Assembly: GCA_965222375.1 (NCBI GenBank)
Contig: CBDCTZ010000013.1
Coordinates: 192,001-256,000 of the forward strand
Direction of reading: 5' to 3'
Length of the DNA: 64,000 nucleotides
Source: Polyangiaceae bacterium
GTDB lineage: Bacteria > Myxococcota_A > Polyangia > Polyangiales > Polyangiaceae
Of the stretch, positions 30,551 to 40,785 are shown piece by piece. The position numbers and the translations under genes were made by a program. The notes beneath the pieces are model-generated. The model searched no databases. It was not told the DNA's origin and saw only the letters and a program-made list of their open reading frames with translations. Position 1 is the stretch's first letter. Each line of letters starts with the position of its first letter.

Positions 30551-32719
30551 ATGGCTGAACCCCGATCCGCCCTGTGCATGCTGTGCGAGGCCGCGTGCGG
30601 CCTCGAGGTAGAATTTGAAGGCGCTGCCGTAACCCGGATCCGCGGCGACAAGGCCAGCCCGAGCCGTGGCCACATCTGTCCGAAGGGCGTGGCGATTCCG
30701 GACATCCAAAACGACCCGGATCGCATCACGTCACCCATCAAGCGGCAGGCCGACGGCAGCTGGGTGCGTGTCGAGTGGGACGATGCGCTGTCGGACATCG
30801 GCAGTCGCATGGGGCGCATTCAACAGCAGGGCGGCAAAGACGCCCTCGCCTTCTACTTCGGCAACCCCACCGGGCACAGCTACAGCGCGCTCCTGGCAGG
30901 CATCGCGTTCCATTTGACGCTCGGCAGCCGCAATATCTTTTCATCCCAATCCGTGGACGCCCTGCCGCGAGTGTTCGTGTCCTGGCTGCTGTACGGCAAT
31001 CAAGCGCTGATCCCGGTCCCAGACATCGATCGCACAGAGCTGTTGGTGATCATCGGTGCGAACCCAATCGTCTCCAACGGCAGCGCGATGTGCTCACCGG
31101 GCATCGACAAGCGACTGCGAGATCTGAAATCCCGCGGCGGCCGTCTGGTCGTCATCGACCCCCGACGAACCGAGACCGCCGAACTTGCCGACGAGCATCT
31201 CGCGGTCCGGCCGGGCAGCGACGCGGCGCTGTTGGCGGGGCTGCTGAATGTATTGTTCGCGCGCGGCTGGGTCGCCGAAGCTCACGTCTCAAAGCAAGCC
31301 AGCGGGGTGGGCGAACTACAACGGGCCATCCAGGACTTCGCTCCAGATCGGGTCGCCCCCTTCGTCGGGATCGACGCCGAAGCCATCGAAAGCCTGGCCC
31401 GATCTCTGCACGAAACACCCCGGGCCGCCGTCTATGGCCGCATGGGAACCTGCGTGCAGCCCTTCGGGGCCCTGGCAACCTGGCTCATCGATGCCGTCAA
31501 CCTCGTCACTGGCCACCTGGACAGCGTGGGCGGCGCCATGTTCGCGACTCCGGCAGTGGACCTAGCCGCCCTGGCCGCAACTTTGGGTCAGACCGGGGCC
31601 TACAATCGTTGGCAGAGCCGGGTGAGCGGACGACCGGAGTTCAACGGTGAGCTGCCCGTGGCGGCGTTCGCCGAAGAACTCGAAACTCCCGGCGCGGGTC
31701 AGATCAAAGGGCTCATCGTGCACGCGGGCAACCCCGTGCTGTCGCTGCCGAACGGGCGGCGGCTCGCGCGCGCCTTTGACGAGCTGGAGCTCATGGTTGC
31801 GGTGGACATCTACCGCAACGAGACGACGCGCCACGCCCACTACATCTTGCCATCGAGCTTCGGCTTCGAGCACGACCAGTTCGCACTCCTGTCCCAGGCC
31901 TTGGGAGTGCGCAACACGGTTCAATACGCGCCCGCGCTGGTGTCACCGCCACCGGGCTGTCGTCACGACTACGAAGTCCTAGGTGAGCTCTGCCTTCGCC
32001 TGGCCGAAGCGCGGAGCCCCGTGTGGGGACCTGCCGCCCGGTTCGCATTTGGCCTTGCCAAGAAAGTCGGACCGGCCCGACTCCTCGACCTGATGCTGCG
32101 GCTCGGCCCCCACAGGCTGCGGCTGCAGCAACTCTTGGCCGCCCCGTCCGGGCTCGATCTCGGGCCCCTCGAGCCGCGCCTCGCCCAAGTGATCCGTCAC
32201 CCCGAGGGCAAAGTGAAGCTGGCGGCGCCGCCGTTGATCGCGGATCTTGCGCGCCTGCATCACACCGTTGCCGACCAACGCCCGGACAAGAACTTGTCGC
32301 TGATCACCCGGCGTACCCTTCGTAGCAACAACTCCTGGATGCACAACAGTCTGCGCTTGGTGAAGGGCAAGCCGCGCTGCACTCTGGAAATCCACCCCGA
32401 TGACGCCCGCCAGCGCAAGCTGGTCGAGGGCGCATTGGCTGTGGTGCGAACGAGCCTTGGGCAGGTAACGTTGCCAGTCAGTATCAGCGATCGCATGCAG
32501 CCCGGGATCGTGAGCGTGCCCCATGGTTTCGGCCACGACCTGCCCGGAACCCAGCTCCGCGTCGCCGAGGCACACGCGGGCGTGTGCATCAACGACGTAT
32601 GCGACGACACGGCCGTCGAAGGGCTGACCCACACCACCGTACTCAGTGGGATCGAGGTCGAGGTCGAAGCTGCTGTCAAACAGGACACACGCGCTTCTTC
32701 ATCCACGCAGCCGCGGTAG
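30551..32719 (+). CDS. Molybdopterin (DMSO reductase family) oxidoreductase, cytoplasmic
   Basis: CMLCEAAC...HICPKG Fe-S motif, GANPIVSNGS, IDPRRTETA, RSNNSWMHN; no Tat signal. Confidence 0.92.
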   Translation: MAEPRSALCMLCEAACGLEVEFEGAAVTRIRGDKASPSRGHICPKGVAIPDIQNDPDRITSPIKRQADGSWVRVEWDDALSDIGSRMGRIQQQGGKDALAFYFGNPTGHSYSALLAGIAFHLTLGSRNIFSSQSVDALPRVFVSWLLYGNQALIPVPDIDRTELLVIIGANPIVSNGSAMCSPGIDKRLRDLKSRGGRLVVIDPRRTETAELADEHLAVRPGSDAALLAGLLNVLFARGWVAEAHVSKQASGVGELQRAIQDFAPDRVAPFVGIDAEAIESLARSLHETPRAAVYGRMGTCVQPFGALATWLIDAVNLVTGHLDSVGGAMFATPAVDLAALAATLGQTGAYNRWQSRVSGRPEFNGELPVAAFAEELETPGAGQIKGLIVHAGNPVLSLPNGRRLARAFDELELMVAVDIYRNETTRHAHYILPSSFGFEHDQFALLSQALGVRNTVQYAPALVSPPPGCRHDYEVLGELCLRLAEARSPVWGPAARFAFGLAKKVGPARLLDLMLRLGPHRLRLQQLLAAPSGLDLGPLEPRLAQVIRHPEGKVKLAAPPLIADLARLHHTVADQRPDKNLSLITRRTLRSNNSWMHNSLRLVKGKPRCTLEIHPDDARQRKLVEGALAVVRTSLGQVTLPVSISDRMQPGIVSVPHGFGHDLPGTQLRVAEAHAGVCINDVCDDTAVEGLTHTTVLSGIEVEVEAAVKQDTRASSSTQPR

Positions 32720-32747
32720 CGTCGCGCCCCGCGGCGACTCGAGGTGA

Positions 32748-33482
32748 TCAACCCTTGCGGGGACGAAACTTCGCGCAGGAAGCCTTGATCTTCGACTGCA
32801 TGACTTTCAAATCCACCATGCCGCTTTGAATCGCAGCCGGTGAATTATCCTTGCGGATCGTCTTCCAAGCGCAATCGCAGAACGGCTTGTGAGCGTCGGT
32901 CTTGGTGCAACCCTTCATGAAACCCGCCTTGGCGACCTTTTCGGGCAACTTGGGCGCGCAGACCTTCACGGCGTCTTCGCGTACTTTTTTGAAACGTTCG
33001 GACTGGAGCACGTCTTCATTGGCCAGATCCCCGAGGGATAGCTGCTTGCGGTACTCGCTCCAGGAGCACTCGCAATAGGGCGCCAGCTCGTTCTGACCCT
33101 GAGCCGTGCACGCGCCGATGAAGCCGGACTTGAGCTCTGCTTCCGGCATCTTGTCACCGCAAGCACCTATCACTTTCTTGCGAAAGGCGTCCATGCGGGC
33201 GGGATCGCTCTTGCCGCGCATCTCTTCGACCGTGAAAGACGCCTGCATTTGTTCCCAGCTGCACTGGCAGTACTCGGGCGCCTTGGGCAGCTTCTCGGTG
33301 CATCCAGCGACGAACTTCTGTTGCAGCTCCTCGAGGCTGGGCCCCTCGTCAGCCGCGCCGGGAGCGTCGGATCCGGGGGGGGGCTCTCCAGGTTCAGTTG
33401 CCGGGGTTTCCGGCGACGGTGCGCCGCCGCAACCGGCGAGCGAGGCGGTGAGTAGAGCGGCGAGCATTAGACGGACGGACAT
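32748..33482 (-). CDS. Lipoprotein with three Cys-containing helical repeats
   Basis: Lipobox LAGC; three F-xx-(G/A)C ... C-x-C-x-W units. Confidence 0.8.
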   Translation of the reverse strand: MSVRLMLAALLTASLAGCGGAPSPETPATEPGEPPPGSDAPGAADEGPSLEELQQKFVAGCTEKLPKAPEYCQCSWEQMQASFTVEEMRGKSDPARMDAFRKKVIGACGDKMPEAELKSGFIGACTAQGQNELAPYCECSWSEYRKQLSLGDLANEDVLQSERFKKVREDAVKVCAPKLPEKVAKAGFMKGCTKTDAHKPFCDCAWKTIRKDNSPAAIQSGMVDLKVMQSKIKASCAKFRPRKG

Positions 33483-33532
33483 TCTTCTTTTTCCTTTGTG
33501 GTGAAGCGCTACGTGCCGCTCCGCTTCGACAT

Positions 33533-34924
33533 TCAACGCAAGAGCTCTCCCGCCCTCGCGCGCTTGATGAACCTTCCCCCACCCTTGACGCCACCCTTGC
33601 GGTTTTCGACGAGGAGGCGCCCACGGGAAATCACCGTCTCCGGGTAACCCTGCAGCTCGAAACCCTCGTAGGTCGAATAGTCCACCTTCATGTGGTGGGT
33701 ATCCTCATCCTTGACGCTCACGGTCAGTTTGCGATCCGGGTCGAAGATGACGACGTCCGCATCGCTGCCGACGGCGATGGTGCCTTTCTTGGGAAACATG
33801 CCGAAGGTCTTCGCCGCGGACGTGCTCGTGATCTCCACGAAGCGGTTGAGGGTGAGGTAGCCCTTCTGCACCCCTTGGTAGATCAAGGCCATGCGGTTTT
33901 CCACGCCCGGAGCCCCGTTGGGGATCGCGGTGAAGCTCTTCCTGCCCAGCTCTTTCTGCCCCTTGAAGCAGAAGGGGCAGTGGTCGGTGGCGACCAGAGC
34001 CAGATGACCCATCTTCAACCCCTGCCACAGCACGTCCTGGTTCCACTTCTCGCGCAACGCTGGCGTCATCACGTACTTGGCGCCCTCGAAATTCGGCTTG
34101 TCGTAGTAGCTGTGGTCCAAAAACAGATACTGCGGGCAGGTCTCTGCCTGCACATCCATCCCCCGCTGCCGAGCCAGAATCACTTGCTCTAGCGCGTCGG
34201 CGCTGGACAAATGCACGATGTGGAGCGGCACGTCGGCGACTTCTGCAATGGCGATGGACCGGTAGACGCCTTCTGCCTCCATGCGCGTAGGTCGGGTGTG
34301 GGCATGCCAACGCGGCTCTAGTTTCCCATCCTTCACGGCCGCCTTGATGATCTCGTCGATGACGATGCCGTTCTCGGCGTGCATGCAGATGCGAGTGCCA
34401 TTTTCCCCCGCGCGCCTGAACGCACGGTACAGGGTTCCGTCGTCCACGTACAGAACGCCGGGATAAGCCATGAACAGCTTGTAGGAGGTAACACCCGCCT
34501 CGGCGAGCTTGTCCATCTCCGCCAGCCGCTGATCCTCCATGTCGGTAACGATCATGTGGAAGCCGTAGTCGATGGTGGCTTTGCCTTCTGCTTTCGCGTG
34601 CCAGGTATCCAGCCCCTTCAGGGTGCTTTCGCCCTTGGTCTGGATCGCGAAATCCACCAACGTCGTGGTACCGCCAAAGGCAGCTGCCAACGTGCCAGAT
34701 TCGAAGTCATCTGCACTCATCGTGCCCCCAAAGGGCATGTCCAAATGCGTATGAGGGTCGATGCCGCCGGGAATGACCAACTTGCCCTTGGCGTCGATGG
34801 TCTTGTCAGCGACGACATCGAGGCTCTGGCCGATCGTCTTGATGGTCTCGCCATCGATGAACACGTCTGCGAAGTAGTCGTCCGTGGCCGTGACGATGCG
34901 CCCGTTCTTGATCAGGATGCTCAT
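33533..34924 (-). CDS. hydA: Dihydropyrimidinase
   Basis: PGGIDPHTH, SYKLFMAY, HAENG, HLS, ETCPQYL, ATDHCPF. Confidence 0.96.
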   Translation of the reverse strand: MSILIKNGRIVTATDDYFADVFIDGETIKTIGQSLDVVADKTIDAKGKLVIPGGIDPHTHLDMPFGGTMSADDFESGTLAAAFGGTTTLVDFAIQTKGESTLKGLDTWHAKAEGKATIDYGFHMIVTDMEDQRLAEMDKLAEAGVTSYKLFMAYPGVLYVDDGTLYRAFRRAGENGTRICMHAENGIVIDEIIKAAVKDGKLEPRWHAHTRPTRMEAEGVYRSIAIAEVADVPLHIVHLSSADALEQVILARQRGMDVQAETCPQYLFLDHSYYDKPNFEGAKYVMTPALREKWNQDVLWQGLKMGHLALVATDHCPFCFKGQKELGRKSFTAIPNGAPGVENRMALIYQGVQKGYLTLNRFVEITSTSAAKTFGMFPKKGTIAVGSDADVVIFDPDRKLTVSVKDEDTHHMKVDYSTYEGFELQGYPETVISRGRLLVENRKGGVKGGGRFIKRARAGELLR

Positions 34925-35187
34925 GGCCGTCTCGTTTCGCTCGGATCGCCCCGCGCGGCACCCCTTCTTAGAAACGCCTGCGTAACCAACCGAATTTTTT
35001 GATTTTTTGGGTTGCAACCCCGCGCGCGGTGCTCGGGCTCGGCCCGCCTGAGGCGGGCGCTTCGCCCTGCGCGCCGGGCGTCCCCCCCCAAATCGCCGGC
35101 TTCGCCGCCTCAGGGGGGGATGGGGTCACGCTCCACCACCCGCCAGCCGGCTGGATCCAAGAGTGCGTCTGAAGCGTATCGTCTTTC

Positions 35188-35790
35188 GTGATCCCGAAAG
35201 CCTCCGCCGCAACCATCCTCACCCTTTCGGCGCTAGCTTGTTCGAGCACTGGCCAAGTTGCGTCGCCGACCGCAGCCAGCACAGACATTCGAGAAGCCCG
35301 CGCATCGGCGCAGCGCCAGAGCTTCCAGTGGCAGCCCTGGAGCGCGGAGTCCTTCGCCAAGGCCAAGCGAGATCGCAAGTTCGTGCTCGTGCACGGCGCC
35401 GCCGAATGGTGTCACTGGTGTCACGTGATGGAGGAAACCACCTACCGCGACCCGCGCGTGGGACGACTCCTTTCCGAACGCTTTGTGACGATTCGCGTCG
35501 ACGTCGATGCTCGTCCCGACATTGAAGAGCGCTACTTGGAGTGCGGGTGGCCCGCGACGATCGTGCTGTCGCCGAGCGGCAACGAGCTGAGCAAATACCG
35601 CGGCTACCTGCCTGCGAATGAGATGTTGGAGCTGCTCAGGCAAGCCACCAGTAGCTCTCCCCTCGATATAGCGGCGCAGAAACAGAGCGAGCCAGCCCTC
35701 GCTCCGCGGGCCTCAGCGCCCTGCCCTGGGTCGCGCTGCGCGTACTCGAGGACATGGACTACTACTACGACGACCAGCTAGGCGGCTGGC
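35188..35790 (+). pseudogene. Frameshifted, truncated thioredoxin-domain (DUF255/YyaL-like) lipoprotein
   Basis: WQPWSAESF, WCHWCHVME, GWPAT; frame shifts near 35715 into ALPWVALRVLEDMDYYYDDQLGGW, then homology ends. Confidence 0.7.
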
Positions 35791-36055
35791 GTCAGACCTA
35801 CCGCCGACAGCCGGCCATCCAGAGAGACGGCCGCGCGAGAGCCCAGTTCGAACTTGTATTCCGACTTGCGCGATCGCACTGCGCCCTTGGCGAGATCCAG
35901 GCGCACTGTCTCGTCCCCGGCCAGCACGACTTCACTTTCAGCCTCCGGCGGGATGCAGCCGCTCGTCCAATACTTCTTCCGGCTGCTGCTGCTCTTCAGG
36001 CCAAGAGCGTAGCCAGCAGAAGTACCAGCGCGGACGCGCTATGGCCCAAGCTCAT
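35778..36055 (-). pseudogene. Frameshifted lipoprotein remnant
   Basis: MSLGHSASALVLLLATLLA-TGA; restoring one base (TG[C]AAG) gives lipobox LLAC and an open frame KSSSSRKKYWTSGCIPPEAES. Confidence 0.45.
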
Positions 36056-36147
36056 TCGCATTCCGGTTCTCACGCCAGCAGTTTAGACCCGGCTGGCGGC
36101 GTGGGTCGCGGCTTGCGAGCACCGCAGCTGGTGACCCAGGCGCTCGG

Positions 36148-36680
36148 TCAATCGGGATCAAATCGTTGGCCGTAGCCATCGTCGACCGCAGCGGTCTGCG
36201 CGGCCTTGTCGAGCAGGCACCGGCCGAGCGCCAGGCTGTCGAGTCCTGTTCCCATGAAACGGCGATACGCGTCCTCGGGCGTGCAAACAATGGGCTCACC
36301 TCGTACGTTGAAGCTTGTGTTGACGAGAAGCGGGCAGCTCGTATGGCGCTCGAAGGCGTTCAACAGCTCACGGAAGCGCGGCTGAGCTGACGCGCCGACG
36401 GTTTGCAGGCGGGCCGAACCGTCTACGTGCGTCACTGCCGGGATGTGCTGACGTTTCGACTCAGCGACGGGAGCAACTACCGACATATACGGGCTATCCC
36501 AATCGAGCTCGAACCACTCCGCCGCATGCTGACTGAGCACCGCCGGCGCAAAGGGGCGGAAGGACTCGCACAGCTTGCTCTTCGAGTTCAACGTAGCTTG
36601 AGCGTCGCTGCGGCGAGGGTCGCACAAGATCGAGCGGACACCCAAGGCTCGGGGACCAAACTCCATCTTGCCCTGAAACC
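36148..36680 (-). pseudogene. C-terminal fragment of a NodU/CmcH carbamoyltransferase
   Basis: FQGKMEFGPRALGVRSIL, ESFRPFAP, THVDGSARLQT, NTSFNVRGEPIV; N-terminal domain absent. Confidence 0.85.
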
Positions 36681-36691
36681 TCCGGGGCCCA

Positions 36692-37126
36692 GTGATGGAG
36701 GAGGCATTCCGCATGGCAGCGGAATCCGCGGACGGCGGAGATGCGTTGGACGGTGAGGCCCGAGACGTCGCGGTGGCGCCTGACTGGCCCAGCTACGCAG
36801 AGCTGCAGGCGGCGAGCGCCTCCCACATCGAGGCCATGGCCAAGGCCATGCGCAAGGCGAAGGTGCCATTTTTCGTCGTGAACTACCCCTACCCCAAGTT
36901 CAAGCCGTCCTACGAAACCAAGTATCTGCAGCCCTTCTACCAGCGACTGGAGCGTGGAGGGATTGCGCGGGAAGGATTGTACGAACTCTTTCCTCTCGCT
37001 ACCCGTTCTCGTTTCTACTTCAGCGCCAATGGCCACTGGAATGCCGCCGGCAGCAAGCGGGTCGCGGACCACCTCCTGCAGCTCTTGCCCAAGCGATTCC
37101 CCGATCTGTTCGACAGTCGGCCTTGA
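36692..37126 (+). pseudogene. C-terminal fragment of an SGNH/AlgX-like hydrolase
   Basis: FYFSANGHWNAAGSKRVADHL block V-like motif; no upstream GDS block. Confidence 0.55.
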
Positions 37127-37177
37127 ATTTTTTTTCTCAAGTTCACGTCATGCCGACCGTTCCTGCTCACAAGCGCC

Positions 37178-37384
37178 ATGCGTCTGGTCAACGGATACTA
37201 TTGCCGCAATTGCGCGGACGTCGAACTCGCCAAACGCGGCATGGACCCGGCACATCCAAAACAGCAGTGGTCCGGAGGCGAGGTCTACGTGCCCGATCCC
37301 AGTCACGACACGCGCTACAACTTGGCCATCAACCAGCCGGAACCGGGCGCGACCGTCGGTTCGAAGCTCAAGATCTACGCCTGA
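37178..37384 (+). CDS. Small CxxC protein (68 aa)
   Basis: VNGYYCRNCADVELAKRGMDPAHPK; fills the gap between genes. Confidence 0.6.
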   Translation: MRLVNGYYCRNCADVELAKRGMDPAHPKQQWSGGEVYVPDPSHDTRYNLAINQPEPGATVGSKLKIYA

Positions 37385-38586
37385 CGCCGACGCCCTAGAA
37401 GCGCGAGCACCGCTAGCGTCAGTAGCAAGCCTGTGTTCCGCCCGGGGGCGCCGCCGCGCTGGCTGACGCTGCAACCCCCGTCGTCGCCGCTCCCGCCGCT
37501 GAGGGGTTTGCTCGACGAGGTGCCGCCGAGCCCCGAGTCGGTGTGGATCGCGCCGCCATTGGACCAGCTGGCGCCCGCGCCGGCCGCGCCCGACGCACCA
37601 CCGGCGCCGCCCGTGCCACTACCCGGCACTACGTTCACCTTGACCGCGAAGTAACCGTCGTCAGGTCCGCCGCCCTTGGGACCATCGGCAAACCAGGTCA
37701 CGCCTTCCGCAACCCAACCGAGTTCCAACAGGGTTTCGCCCAGGACCTTGCCCGTCAAATCCAAAGCGAAGGTACCCACCTGTCCGGGAGCCACGTCGGA
37801 ATCGACGGTCGAGATGCGGTGGGGCTTCAACCAGCTCGGGCTCGCCAAGTCGTGAGGCTTATCCCGGGGCATGGGCGCCAGCCAAACGCTGCCCTTTTTC
37901 CAGGTCGCGCTCCCAACGTTCTCGAGCTTGACCCAGCCGGTGACCGTCTCGCCTACGCCCACCTGCACCGCGCCCTGAGATGATATCGGGTAGCTCTGCC
38001 CACTGATCCCAAGGGACTTGCCAGCGTACTCGACGGCACAGGGGCCGCCCCCGGGGCCCCCGCTCCACCACTCCCAATGCCAGGGCTCGCTCGGCACCGT
38101 GCGCTTGAAGCCGTAGGTCGCGCCGTTCGCGTTGAGCCACGACAGCACGCCCGGCGTAGACGTATTCAGATCCAGAGCGTGGCCGCTCTGATGATTGCTG
38201 TAGCCCGGTTTGGCGGCGAGATTGCAGTTGTTGCAGTTGCAGTTGATGTAGCAGTTGTAAAAGTACTGCTGCTCGGCTTGAGTGCGAAAGCCGCTGCTGA
38301 TCTTCAACGTCACTCCCGCCTTGTCGGCGGCTTGTGCCATCACATAGTAGGCGTTGGCGGTATCCCGTTCGACAGGCTTGCCGTCGACCGTGACAACCGT
38401 GATGGGAAACGGTGTGCCACTGCTGTAGCCCGTATCCTGGGATTCGGTGCAATCGATGGGCGAGAGCGCCTGGCTGACCGTGGCCGCAGGGGGCTCACAG
38501 TGCTCTGCCGCGCGGGGGTCGGGCTCCGAGGACGAGCACGCTGACATGCCTGCGATCAGCCAGATCCCCAATAGCCCGCGTTGCAT
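37375..38586 (-). CDS. M15 (VanY-like) peptidoglycan peptidase with Ig-like domain and MYXO-CTERM
   Basis: SGFRT, SNHQSGHALD, EPWHW; lipobox MSAC; C-terminal GGCSV...LLLTLAVLALLGRRR. Confidence 0.88.
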   Translation of the reverse strand: MQRGLLGIWLIAGMSACSSSEPDPRAAEHCEPPAATVSQALSPIDCTESQDTGYSSGTPFPITVVTVDGKPVERDTANAYYVMAQAADKAGVTLKISSGFRTQAEQQYFYNCYINCNCNNCNLAAKPGYSNHQSGHALDLNTSTPGVLSWLNANGATYGFKRTVPSEPWHWEWWSGGPGGGPCAVEYAGKSLGISGQSYPISSQGAVQVGVGETVTGWVKLENVGSATWKKGSVWLAPMPRDKPHDLASPSWLKPHRISTVDSDVAPGQVGTFALDLTGKVLGETLLELGWVAEGVTWFADGPKGGGPDDGYFAVKVNVVPGSGTGGAGGASGAAGAGASWSNGGAIHTDSGLGGTSSSKPLSGGSGDDGGCSVSQRGGAPGRNTGLLLTLAVLALLGRRRQA

Positions 38587-38648
38587 CGCGGGAGTTTACC
38601 CCAGCTGGGGCAAAGGAGTCGGCACGCACCTTGCTAATCCGCCCCAGG

Positions 38649-39419
38649 ATGCGTTGCTTGGCACAACTTGGCCTACTGACTTTGGCTCTGACCACCGCCT
38701 GCGGGTCCGAGGCCGATGGGGGTTCCGGCGCGGGAGGCAGCGCCGGAACCGGAGCGAGCCACTCGAGTGGCGGCTCCGGAGGCAGCGGCGCGACGGGCGC
38801 GTCCGGGGGCGCAGGCGGCAGCGCCGCATGTTTCGTACCCGATACGACCTGCCCCTCCGAGCGTCCCTTCATCGGCGCCGCCTGTGCCATGACGGATGTG
38901 TGCCAGTACGAAGACCCCAACAAGGTCGATACCTGGACCTACCAGTGTGAATCGGGCCGCTGGAACGGCGAGGCCACCTGCGAGCCCTTGTTCGGCGGTG
39001 GCTGCCCTGTACCGCCCCTGGTCGAGAAGTGCACCGGGCCCTTCGACGGCAACAAGTCGGGAGCGACCGTCGAGATCGGCCCGGTGGAGACCGGCCCCTT
39101 CCGTCCGTTCAAGGAAGGTGAAGAGACACCTCTGATCGTTGGCGGTCAAGGTTCCCCCATGATCGCTTTCCGGATCAAAGCAACTGGAGCCGATGACGTC
39201 AGCTGCGCACGGGTCGACACGACGACCACCATTGGTGGACTGCCAGGTGGCCACGCCAGCGCCATCAAGCTCCACTGTGGCGAGTCCCTCACGGTATTCA
39301 CCATCGTGGACGCGCCCTGTGATCCCGGTAAGCACGCCGTAGAGCTGAAGGTCGAGGTCCGGGGCGTGGGCACTGCGACGGCGAACTTGAAGATCTCCGA
39401 CCCACCTTGCGTCAGCTAG
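38649..39419 (+). CDS. Cys-rich lipoprotein with Gly-rich linker
   Basis: Lipobox TTAC, GGSG linker, multiple Cys. Confidence 0.75.
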   Translation: MRCLAQLGLLTLALTTACGSEADGGSGAGGSAGTGASHSSGGSGGSGATGASGGAGGSAACFVPDTTCPSERPFIGAACAMTDVCQYEDPNKVDTWTYQCESGRWNGEATCEPLFGGGCPVPPLVEKCTGPFDGNKSGATVEIGPVETGPFRPFKEGEETPLIVGGQGSPMIAFRIKATGADDVSCARVDTTTTIGGLPGGHASAIKLHCGESLTVFTIVDAPCDPGKHAVELKVEVRGVGTATANLKISDPPCVS

Positions 39420-39465
39420 CGACTCAGCGAACTAGTTGAACAGAATCCCGCCGTCATGCATCACC

Positions 39466-40785
39466 TCAACCCTCGAAGGCTTCGTCCGTGATCGATAGCC
39501 CGCGGTCGATGATCTCGAACCCCTCCTTGAGCTGGGCCTCGGTGATGGTGAGCGGCGGATTGCACATGAACCCGCTCCAGCGCACGAAGGTGAATAGGCC
39601 TTGCTCCCGGAAGAACCCCGCCAACTTGGTCATCGCGGGATGCGTGCCATTGTAGGGTGCGAGCAGATCGCCCTTGGCGTTCTTCTGAACCTCGATGATG
39701 CCGAACAAGCCGAGGTTCCGCCCTTCTCGCATCGACGGGTGCTTGTCCTTCAGACGATCCATTTCGCTGCGCATGACTTTGCCCATCCGGGCGGAGTTTT
39801 CCACCAGCTTTTCCTCCAGCATCACATCGAGCACGGCGTCCGCCACTTCCAGGCAGTAGGGATGTGAGTTGTAGGTCAGCCCACCCCAGTAGACGTTCTT
39901 GCGAAAGTGATCCGCGAGCCTGTCGCTCATCCCGACCGCGCCCAACGGCACGTAGCTGCTGGTCAGGCCCTTGGCCAAGGTCACCATGTCCGGAACGATA
40001 TCGCCGTGCTCGAAGGCGAAGAGCTTCCCGGTGCGCCCCATGCCCGCCATCACTTCATCGCAAACCAACAGGATCCCGTACTTGTCCAATAGCTGCCGCA
40101 AGCCCTGCAGGTAGCCCTTGGGCGGTGGCAGCACGCCATTGGTTCCTGTCACCGTTTCGATGAACATGGCTGCTATCTTGTCCGGCCCCTCGTATTGGAT
40201 GACCTCGTCGAGGTAGGTGAGGTTGTTCTTGGTGATTTCATCATCCGTCGTACCGAAGGAGAAATTGTATGGCCTCGGATCCATCACGCGGATCACGCCA
40301 GGCAGGCCGGGCTCGTTGGCCCAGCGCCGCGGATCCCCGGTGAGCTGCATCGCGGCGTTGGTTCCCCCGTGATAGCTGCGAAAGCGTGACAGAATCTTGC
40401 TGCGGCCCGTGAATAGCTTCGCTGCGCGAATCGCGCTCTCATTCGCCTCAGCCCCGCCCAAGGTGTAATAGAAGGTGTTGATGTCCCCGGGCGTGACGCT
40501 AGCGAGCTTCTTCGAATAGCGGGCTCGTATCTCTGTGGCTGTCTGAGGAAAGACGTAGATCAGCTTGTCTGCGGCATCTTTCATCCGCTGGATGACCTTG
40601 GGGTGACTATGGCCGATGAGAACACTCATCAACTGAGCGTTGAAGTCTAGGATGCGTTTGCCGTCCGGTGTGTACATGTACACTCCTTCGGCACGCTCCA
40701 CAGGCAAGGGGTTGACGTTGTCGGTTGCCGACCATGTGTACATCGTGTGCTTTTTGCAAAGCGCGATCATCTCTTCGCTGTTCAT
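39466..40785 (-). CDS. Class III aminotransferase, probable beta-alanine transaminase
   Basis: SYHGGT, DEVMAGMGRTG, AKGLTSSYVPLG, GLTY; pyrimidine catabolism context. Confidence 0.88.
   Translation of the reverse strand: MNSEEMIALCKKHTMYTWSATDNVNPLPVERAEGVYMYTPDGKRILDFNAQLMSVLIGHSHPKVIQRMKDAADKLIYVFPQTATEIRARYSKKLASVTPGDINTFYYTLGGAEANESAIRAAKLFTGRSKILSRFRSYHGGTNAAMQLTGDPRRWANEPGLPGVIRVMDPRPYNFSFGTTDDEITKNNLTYLDEVIQYEGPDKIAAMFIETVTGTNGVLPPPKGYLQGLRQLLDKYGILLVCDEVMAGMGRTGKLFAFEHGDIVPDMVTLAKGLTSSYVPLGAVGMSDRLADHFRKNVYWGGLTYNSHPYCLEVADAVLDVMLEEKLVENSARMGKVMRSEMDRLKDKHPSMREGRNLGLFGIIEVQKNAKGDLLAPYNGTHPAMTKLAGFFREQGLFTFVRWSGFMCNPPLTITEAQLKEGFEIIDRGLSITDEAFEG

Noticed and set aside
35996..35998. 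In-frame TGA after LLA read as selenocysteine
   Set aside because: The sensible continuation is in another frame; a 1-bp deletion in a lipobox TGC explains it better
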